Positions 47,052 to 53,223 of a stretch of 53,223 nucleotides of DNA are shown one piece after another (positions within the stretch are counted from its first letter, which is position 1; every line of letters starts with the position of its first letter). The notes below the pieces were generated by a model. It had not been told where the DNA came from and ran no database searches. It saw nothing but the letters and a program-made list of their open reading frames with translations. Location of the stretch: positions 1-53,223 of the IMG/VR virus record IMGVR_UViG_3300027566_000346; one strand, 5' to 3'. Source of the DNA: a virus. Its lineage: Duplodnaviria; Caudoviricetes. A program made the position numbers and the translations under genes.

Positions 47052-47818
47052 TACACCACCTTTGTACCCAGAAACCGGCTGATGAAATACTGCTGACCGC
47101 GCCCGGTCACCTTTGTTGTCTTACTGATAGTGACGTGGCCATCTGAATGAGTAATGGCAGTCTCCTTCACCTTAAACAGCCCCAGTTCCATCGCCATCTG
47201 TGTCGGCGCATTAAAATCAGTACCCTTGCGCTTGATCAGGTAACCCTCCTGACGGAGCTTTTCAAACATTCGGTTTTGCCCGATATTGATTCCGTTACCT
47301 TTGAGGATTTTCGCGAGTTCACCGATGAGAATCGTACCGTCGGACACGGATACAGCGTCGGCGAAGATGACTTTAGGTTTGTCCTCTTCGGCCTGAAGCT
47401 GGAGCCGCGCCTTCTGCTGCCGTTCTTCTTTAAGTGCGGTTAGCAGCTTGATCCATGCGTCGGGATCGTTCATGACTTCTTCCAGCTTATCGGTGGTCAT
47501 ATAAGCGCCGTGTTTGCGAAGGGCAGGGAGAACCTCATGTGTCACCCAGCGTTTGAATTTCTTGGCTTCTGGTTTGCGGGAGAGTAAAATAACATTGTAC
47601 AGCCCGCTTTCGTTGATAATGGATACTTCCTGTTTGCCGCCAAGGGTGTCGATAATACCGACTCCCTTTTCGTCATCATCCAGACGAGCGGTAACGTCGC
47701 GGCTGTTTCCGATTTCAAGTACGCCGCACACGTCTTTTAACACCCACCACGGCTCTCTGTCTTTTTGGATAGTCCTGATTTCGTTGCCCTCAAAAGAAAA
47801 AATGGATAATTCGTTCAT
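47051..47818 (-). CDS. Phage antirepressor (BRO-N plus ANT/KilAC)
   Basis: PWWVLKDVC, INESGLY, AK.FKRWVTHEVLP, KVTGRGQQYF. Confidence 0.93.
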   Translation of the reverse strand: MNELSIFSFEGNEIRTIQKDREPWWVLKDVCGVLEIGNSRDVTARLDDDEKGVGIIDTLGGKQEVSIINESGLYNVILLSRKPEAKKFKRWVTHEVLPALRKHGAYMTTDKLEEVMNDPDAWIKLLTALKEERQQKARLQLQAEEDKPKVIFADAVSVSDGTILIGELAKILKGNGINIGQNRMFEKLRQEGYLIKRKGTDFNAPTQMAMELGLFKVKETAITHSDGHVTISKTTKVTGRGQQYFISRFLGTKVV

Positions 47819-47871
47819 GTTGAACCTCCCTAATAAATGATTTTGTGAAGCGCTCATAGCAGCTTCCATCT

Positions 47872-47903
47872 ATAAGCGGAATAGAAGGCTAAACCGAACC
47901 CCC
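47872..47903 (-). promoter_or_regulatory. GGGGGTTCG-N17-GCTTAT promoter-like motif (copy 1)
   Basis: Identical boxes and spacing at 52196..52227. Confidence 0.7.
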
Positions 47904-47920
47904 TTTTAGATAAAAAGGTG

Positions 47921-49855
47921 TTAATCTTTTTTATAAAATTGGCATTCATACCCGTCGGCGCGAAGCAGAAGCCCCTTAGCCCAAGGCAGAGTCTGGCCCA
48001 TGTAGCGGCAAATCTCCTCAAGCGAAAAACCAGGCGATGCCTCAATGACCACCTCGTCATGGACATGTATCACGATGTTGCAGCCAAAGGCGTCGAGCCG
48101 GCGCATGGCGTGGCAGAGGATGTCTCTTGAGATTGCCTGCACAATGTTCTCCACGAATTTCGGCCCGTAGCTTTCGATGCGCTCCCACTTCTTTGTCGCG
48201 CCCACGCCTTCATAGGTTACCGATTCGCTACCGAAGCGGTTTAACTCAATCCTGGGCTTTACATAGCAAAGCTTTCTCCCGGATGGCAGGGTGATGAACA
48301 GGATTCCACTGCGGTATTCAAATCTAATTCCGTGTGTTTCCGTAGTCGTGCGTTCCCGAACCGCTGTCATGGCAGCACGGTCACTGTCCCACCAGAGCCG
48401 CACGATTTTAGGGTTAGCCTTTCGCCATGCGGTCACGAGCGGCTGAAGTTCTTCTTTAGAAAGCCCCATTTCGAGCGCGCCCATCGCAGTCAAAGCGCCT
48501 ACCGAGCCGCCGTAACCAAGTGCTAATTCCGCAATTTTGCCTTTTTGCCGGAGCGGACTGCCTTTGGTTACCTCCTGAATGGGGACACGAAACATCTGCG
48601 CAGCTGACGCTTCATAAATTTTGCCGTGGGTGGCAAACACCTCATTGCGCCATGTTTCGCCCGCAAGCCAGGCTATGACCCTTGCTTCGATCGCGCTGAA
48701 GTCGGCAACGATGAACTTGAATCCCTCTTTTGGGATAAATGCGGTGCGGATAAGTTCAGATAGAACGGAGGGCACAGAATCGTAGAGCATCTCCACTGCG
48801 TCACACTGTCCGGAGCGGACGAGTTTTCGCACCTGCTCCAAATCCGGCAGATGATTTTGCGGGAGATTCTGTACTTGGATCAGCCGCCCAGCGAAGCGCC
48901 CTGTGCGGTTAGCGCCGTAGAACTGCAGAAGCCCGCGCGCCCTGCCGTCGGAGCAGACGGCGTTCTCCATCGCGGTGTACTTTTTCACGCTGGACTTGGC
49001 GAGGTTCTGTCGCAATTCTAAAACACTCCCCAGATTTCCGGGTGCGGTTTTGAGTAATTCCTTAACCGCCGCCTTGCCCAAAGTGTTGGTTTCAAGCCCA
49101 TGGTCAGCGAGCCAGGACTTCATCTGCGCAACTGAGTTGGGATTATCCAAAGCAGTCAACTCTCGCATCAACCGCATCAATTCCGTCCGGGATTGCTCGT
49201 CGCAGCGGGTCGCCTGTCTGACCAGCGTCATGTCCAGCAAGATACCCCGGTCATTGATTTCTTGATCGAGAATATAGTTCTTCCACTCGTCCTCCATCAC
49301 AGGAAATTTCGCCAGCTTTGCCTGTATTGCCAGCTCCGTTTCCACATCGCGGGCGTTGTAGGCTTTGAAGCGTTCCCACTTTTCAGAGGCGTGTTCAGGA
49401 AGATTGCGTGTACGCTGGCCGTTCGCTTTCGTGGGCTTGCAGGGCATGGAAAAGTAGCGGATTAGGTCTTTGCCCTCGGTCAACTTTTGCTTTTCCGCAC
49501 CCGTGACCAGCGCTGCACCCTCCAGCGACAATGGCAAGCCTAGGGTTGCCGCCCACACCATCGTGCATCTCCAAGAAACAGGTTTCAGCCACTCGCCCAG
49601 GTAGCGCGACAGGCAGACACGCTCGAACTGCGCGTTGTACGCCCACTTCATGACGGTTTCATCTAAGAGGGCGTTGCGGATTTCATCCGGTAGTTGTTCG
49701 CCGTTCGCGAGATCAACCACCCGCACCAGCTTGCCGTCAGCAGAATAGCTGAATAACAGGATTTCAAAATCCGATGATTCGCTATAGCGGTACACACCAG
49801 CTTTGGAAAGGTTGGTGCCGCTGTAGGTTTCAATATCTATACTGAGATTTTTCAT
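47921..49855 (-). CDS. Family A DNA polymerase (phage type)
   Basis: DIET exonuclease, TGRFAG, ADFSAIEAR, K..ELALGYG, HVHDE. Confidence 0.94.
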   Translation of the reverse strand: MKNLSIDIETYSGTNLSKAGVYRYSESSDFEILLFSYSADGKLVRVVDLANGEQLPDEIRNALLDETVMKWAYNAQFERVCLSRYLGEWLKPVSWRCTMVWAATLGLPLSLEGAALVTGAEKQKLTEGKDLIRYFSMPCKPTKANGQRTRNLPEHASEKWERFKAYNARDVETELAIQAKLAKFPVMEDEWKNYILDQEINDRGILLDMTLVRQATRCDEQSRTELMRLMRELTALDNPNSVAQMKSWLADHGLETNTLGKAAVKELLKTAPGNLGSVLELRQNLAKSSVKKYTAMENAVCSDGRARGLLQFYGANRTGRFAGRLIQVQNLPQNHLPDLEQVRKLVRSGQCDAVEMLYDSVPSVLSELIRTAFIPKEGFKFIVADFSAIEARVIAWLAGETWRNEVFATHGKIYEASAAQMFRVPIQEVTKGSPLRQKGKIAELALGYGGSVGALTAMGALEMGLSKEELQPLVTAWRKANPKIVRLWWDSDRAAMTAVRERTTTETHGIRFEYRSGILFITLPSGRKLCYVKPRIELNRFGSESVTYEGVGATKKWERIESYGPKFVENIVQAISRDILCHAMRRLDAFGCNIVIHVHDEVVIEASPGFSLEEICRYMGQTLPWAKGLLLRADGYECQFYKKD

Positions 49856-49920
49856 ACACCCTCCAATAGAAACTGGGCGGCAGAAATCGTTCATACCGCC
49901 GCCCAGATTCCTTTCTTTCG

Positions 49921-50499
49921 TTATGACAGGAAATCGTCATCCACATCCGTGGTGAAATCATCGGCGGCGTTCGTCCTACCACCCAGTGGTTCCCCATCGC
50001 TAATTTTCTGGATATTTCCCAGTCCGCATGCGATTCCGCGATTCCCATTGGAGTTGAAGGCGTAAAAGTTGATACTAACCCTCGCATACACGCCAGAGTA
50101 GACTTCCGAACGGTCGAGAATGGGGTTGACCTGTTTATCTACAATCTGGGGGGCGGTGTTGCTGTTGGCGTTGACGAAATAGCTGTCCGCATATGCCTCA
50201 TCGTCCGGACGGTCTATGTCACCGTCGCGGAGGGGTAGCTTGAGCGCGGCCTTGTTAGGAACCTTGCCACCGAATTTGCCCTTGCCTTCCGCAATAGCAG
50301 CATCCACGGCGGCGTTGATTGCCGCGATTGTCTTGGTGTCTGACTTAGGGATAATTAGGCTGACACTGTATTTCTCTGCGCCACCATTTATGGACTTAGG
50401 TTCCCATACGTTCGCAAAGGACAGACGTACGATGCCTGTGATAACCTTGGTAGGGGTCTTACCAGCATTGGGATTGACTTTGTTTGCAGTGTTTGACAT
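49921..50499 (-). CDS. DUF2815 family ssDNA-binding protein (T7 gp2.5-like)
   Basis: RLSFA.VWEP, LRDGD, YSGVY.R, acidic DDDFL tail. Confidence 0.88.
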   Translation of the reverse strand: MSNTANKVNPNAGKTPTKVITGIVRLSFANVWEPKSINGGAEKYSVSLIIPKSDTKTIAAINAAVDAAIAEGKGKFGGKVPNKAALKLPLRDGDIDRPDDEAYADSYFVNANSNTAPQIVDKQVNPILDRSEVYSGVYARVSINFYAFNSNGNRGIACGLGNIQKISDGEPLGGRTNAADDFTTDVDDDFLS

Positions 50500-50503
50500 A
50501 ATA

Positions 50504-51631
50504 TTAAACCTCCATAAATTCATTTTTTGCGCTAGATGTACTCATAGCCAGTCGCTTATCCGAAAGCGGAACCAGTGTCGGCTTGCCAGGCGGCTTCTGA
50601 ACCAGTCCGCCAAGGACTTCATTAAACTTGGATTTGCTCATGAGCCTTTCCATCTCTGTGATAGCAATAAGGCTCTGCTTATAGATGTCGCGGTATCCGG
50701 CGGCTATTGCAGCTTCCGCGACCGCTTCTTCATCGGTGTATCTCCGGTTGGAACGCCCCTCAACAACCTTGAAGCCTGCCCATTCCTTGCCGTGATTCAC
50801 TGCAGTGTCGGTGGCATAAGCCATGATCTCATTTGCCCAGCTTGTTAGGTCGCCTATAGAAGTGAGAACCTCTCCTATTTCCTCATCCGAAAGTAGCGGC
50901 GGGAGGGCAAACTCAAGGGCGGCCAGCTTCAGTTTGGCTTCAGCTCTGGCTCGGCACTTCACCGCAGCCCGGCAGAACTGGCACCACTCTCCGGGGAGGT
51001 AATCGCCCTCACCGTCAAAGGCCAGCTTAGCCGTTGGCTTCAGCACCGTTTCTGCCCAACCCTTGAGTTCCTCCACGGAGATCGTCCAGGTACTGACGTT
51101 CTCTCGCCGGGGTTGGTAGATAGTCAGCGAAGCATCGTCAACGTCGTACAGTCTATCAAACATATCCAGTGCGCTGAGAGCATATAACTTCATCTGCGGG
51201 TTGTCTTCGGCGTTCACCAATAGGCCCTGACCATACTTGAAATCGATGATGTGGATCGTTCCGTCACCAACGATGATGCAATCCCCAGTACCGAAGCCCT
51301 CCGGCACATATCTGGAAAAGTTCAGTCTTTGCTCAATTAGCACTAGCGGGTCTTTGCACTTCAGCTTTGCCTGGGTGACGGTTTCGAGTACGAACTTCAC
51401 ATAGTCATCGGTATAGGTATCCATCTCGTCGCAGTCATACTTGGAAACCGGCTTCTTTGAGCGCATTTTCAGCGCTCGGCGAAGCTTGTGTTCACAGAGT
51501 GCGTGAGCGGCGGTACCCTCGGCGGCGGCTCCACTTTCACGGTCATCAAACTCTAGTTCCAGCCTCGCGGAAGGGGTACAGCTCATCCAGCGGTGCGCAC
51601 CGGAAGCGGAAAGGATTGCGTGTTTGCTCAT
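50504..51631 (-). CDS. DUF2800 family PD-(D/E)xK (Cas4-like) nuclease
   Basis: HA.LSAS...RW..C, GFGTGD, IDFKYG, QM.LYA, C.FC....C. Confidence 0.88.
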   Translation of the reverse strand: MSKHAILSASGAHRWMSCTPSARLELEFDDRESGAAAEGTAAHALCEHKLRRALKMRSKKPVSKYDCDEMDTYTDDYVKFVLETVTQAKLKCKDPLVLIEQRLNFSRYVPEGFGTGDCIIVGDGTIHIIDFKYGQGLLVNAEDNPQMKLYALSALDMFDRLYDVDDASLTIYQPRRENVSTWTISVEELKGWAETVLKPTAKLAFDGEGDYLPGEWCQFCRAAVKCRARAEAKLKLAALEFALPPLLSDEEIGEVLTSIGDLTSWANEIMAYATDTAVNHGKEWAGFKVVEGRSNRRYTDEEAVAEAAIAAGYRDIYKQSLIAITEMERLMSKSKFNEVLGGLVQKPPGKPTLVPLSDKRLAMSTSSAKNEFMEV

Positions 51632-51951
51632 TTCAAGCCCTCCGCGTCCACCAGAAGCGCGGCATAATTCGCGGGATTGATCTCGCTGAGTCTCGATCCG
51701 CCGTGTTTTTCCAGCAGCGTGCGAACCTCAGATGTAAACCCGTCATGGCTTTTCGCAGCCAACACAACCCGGACTGCCTCCAGCGTTACTGCCTTGGGCG
51801 CCGGCACCGTTTCTATGACCGTAGCGGGTGTTTCTGCCTGACTGCCGGATGCGGATTCAACGCAGGCAATTGCATCGGCAACCGCCTGCACGCTGTCCGC
51901 GAGACTGCGCAGATCAGATACCACATGTAGAAGAAGCTTGATTTTGCTCAT
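51628..51951 (-). CDS. Conserved phage hypothetical protein
   Basis: TLE.VR.VLA.KS..G....VR.LL.K.G...LSEI pattern; coupled to DUF2800. Confidence 0.75.
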   Translation of the reverse strand: MSKIKLLLHVVSDLRSLADSVQAVADAIACVESASGSQAETPATVIETVPAPKAVTLEAVRVVLAAKSHDGFTSEVRTLLEKHGGSRLSEINPANYAALLVDAEGLK

Positions 51952-52153
51952 GTTCCGCGTCTCCTTTCCTAATTTCTTTGATTTCCACCGTCTCTACTGA
52001 ATCGCCGGGCGTTATCACGATGACTCGCACTTTCTCGCCAAATAACAGATTCAGTAGCTTGTGATGGATTTTTCGCGACCCACTTTGCAGCACCGGGCTT
52101 CGGATACCGTCGGGTCGGGTCACGTTGATTGTGACTCTGTGTTTCAGACCCAT
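51914..52153 (-). CDS. Small hypothetical protein
   Basis: AAAGGAG RBS; LFGEK...I.PGDSV.TV.I.E. Confidence 0.7.
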   Translation of the reverse strand: MGLKHRVTINVTRPDGIRSPVLQSGSRKIHHKLLNLLFGEKVRVIVITPGDSVETVEIKEIRKGDAEHEQNQASSTCGI

Positions 52154-52195
52154 TTTTATGTCTCCTTTCCAGAGGCAATTTCCTACCCCTCACCG

Positions 52196-52227
52196 ATAAG
52201 CAAAAACCCGAGTCTATTCGAACCCCC
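52196..52227 (-). promoter_or_regulatory. GGGGGTTCG-N17-GCTTAT promoter-like motif (copy 2)
   Basis: Overlaps the end of the sigma-like gene and precedes the replication operon. Confidence 0.7.
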
Positions 52228-52720
52228 TGTCGGGGAAAAATTTACGGAGTTTTTCGTGCATTTTCTTTAGGCGGTTGCGGATAGCTGTCTCAGTAACACC
52301 TTGCTCGACGGCGATATTAGTGTTGGTACGCCGTTCGACATAGACCTTTTTGAAGAGTTCCAGCTGTTGAGGCAATAGAGATTCCATAGCTGCGGTTAAG
52401 GTTATAAGACGGTCCTGATGGGCCTTTTCATCTTCGTTATCAATTAGAACGGATTCCGGATTGGTGCTATCATCCGCAAGATAAGAGTTACGGTCATTGG
52501 CTTCTTCGTTTTCACCGTTGTGGTAGGCGTCAAGATGTGATGTTCGGTAATCAGTGCGTCGCTGCTCGTCCACTTCTGCGTCATCCCAGGAATGGAGAAA
52601 TTCGATGTCTGCTTCCGTTACGTCGTTTTCGCTTGGCGTAATGATGATTTTTGAGCCCTCTGCGGTGTAATAGATATAATGGGTACGATTTTTTTTACTG
52701 GTTTTGTAGTTTTTTGACAT
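52214..52720 (-). CDS. Sigma-70 region 4 (ECF-like) regulator
   Basis: L..AM..L.PQQ.EL...Y......IA..QGVTE.AIRNRLKK...KLRK. Confidence 0.82.
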   Translation of the reverse strand: MSKNYKTSKKNRTHYIYYTAEGSKIIITPSENDVTEADIEFLHSWDDAEVDEQRRTDYRTSHLDAYHNGENEEANDRNSYLADDSTNPESVLIDNEDEKAHQDRLITLTAAMESLLPQQLELFKKVYVERRTNTNIAVEQGVTETAIRNRLKKMHEKLRKFFPDRGFE

Positions 52721-52724
52721 GTTT

Positions 52725-52860
52725 TGGCTCCTTTCAAATTAAGGAGCCAGGCGGAGATATAGAAAAAGCCGGACGCTTACAAAACACAAATGACCGGATG
52801 ATTACGAATTTGCGTTTCGTATATCATCCGGCCATTTGGTAGCTCGCGCTCGGCTCCGTT
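52725..52860 (-). ncRNA. Candidate structured cis-regulatory leader RNA
   Basis: 9-bp stem covering the RBS (52725-52749) and a ~22-bp stem (52787-52838) with a G-U pair only on the - strand. Confidence 0.5.
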
Positions 52861-52886
52861 GCTCGGTATGAAGTATGATTAAGTAT

Positions 52887-53033
52887 TTATTTTTTCTTAG
52901 GCGATGGCCTAGTTTGAGACAACGCGCTACCTGCCACTGACTTGGTCTTGGCGCTGGTTCTACCATCTCTAAGCAGGGAAGACGCCTTGCGAGCAACTGT
53001 CTTTGATGTTTGTTTGTTGTTGCCTTTTGTCAT
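52887..53033 (-). CDS. 48-aa basic small protein (not in ORF track)
   Basis: GAAAGGAGGTGAT RBS; MTKGNNKQTSKTVARKASSLLRDGRTSAKTKSVAGSALSQTRPSPKKK. Confidence 0.75.
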   Translation of the reverse strand: MTKGNNKQTSKTVARKASSLLRDGRTSAKTKSVAGSALSQTRPSPKKK

Positions 53034-53067
53034 ATGTATCACCTCCTTTCAAGAGTGCCCCGGATTA

Positions 53068-53223
53068 TCATGGCGATATCATTACTGACTTCGAAGTACA
53101 AGGAACCGTGACTAATTTTTTGCATTGTGGGCATTTTAACTTTACGTCAATCTGTTCCTTGGGCAGCTTAGAAACATCAAATGCCCGCCGCCCACAATTC
53201 GGACACTTCATCTTTTTATCCAT
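53068..53223 (-). CDS. 51-aa zinc-ribbon protein (Com-like; not in ORF track)
   Basis: MDKKMKCPNCGRRAFD...KCPQCKK; two CxxC. Confidence 0.7.
   Translation of the reverse strand: MDKKMKCPNCGRRAFDVSKLPKEQIDVKLKCPQCKKLVTVPCTSKSVMISP

Larger units (their letters stand above)
11518..53223 (-). mobile_element. Temperate siphovirus-like prophage (HK97-type head, PolA-type replication, tandem serine recombinases); extends beyond the right edge
   Basis: Co-oriented replication, packaging, head, tail, lysis and recombinase modules in canonical order; att sites not identified. Confidence 0.93.

Noticed and set aside
50504-51631. Cas4-like nuclease suggesting CRISPR-Cas
   Set aside because: No other cas genes or repeat-spacer array; DUF2800 is a routine member of this replication module
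21953-51930. Many long + strand ORFs (e.g. 22247..22804, 23465..24109, 37995..38516, 42452..43012, 50216..50848)
   Set aside because: Antisense shadows of well-supported - strand genes with no recognisable motifs
52802-52996. 64-aa ORF in the supplied track
   Set aside because: Overlaps the better-supported 48-aa ORF (strong RBS) in another frame and the structured leader
1-53223. tRNA/rRNA genes, IS elements and prophage attL/attR
   Set aside because: None recognisable by eye; one prophage end lies outside the window and serine-recombinase cores are too short to call

Overview
A mosaic, apparently intact temperate siphovirus-type prophage of a Firmicute; a Peptococcaceae/Clostridia-like host is inferred from GGAGG RBSs and copper-amine-oxidase-N stalk domains. 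It is read almost entirely on the - strand and continues past the right edge. From right to left: sigma-like regulator; PolA/SSB/Cas4-like nuclease/VapE primase/SNF2 replication module; late activator; HNH; methylase-amidoligase-GGCT insert; TerS/TerL; HK97-type head; tail with a -1 frameshift chaperone and an Mtd-N fibre; lysis; two tandem large serine recombinases. Left of these is an 11.5 kb accessory region containing a Mrr-like nuclease, an XRE regulator, a five-gene operon (serine recombinase, three paralogous copies of an unnamed domain, two ParB/DGQHR-like proteins) and AT-rich unknown genes. Main observations read directly from the DNA: (i) that recombinase operon; (ii) three accessory cassettes each bracketed by a duplicate of the upstream gene's 3' end or terminator, one of them a hidden terL relic inside a 20-bp perfect hairpin; (iii) two families of fixed-spacing non-canonical promoter-like motifs; (iv) a structured, RBS-occluding leader; (v) an iteron-like origin candidate. 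No database searches were run. Family assignments come from motif recognition, and several start codons were moved from the ORF track to fit RBS positions.
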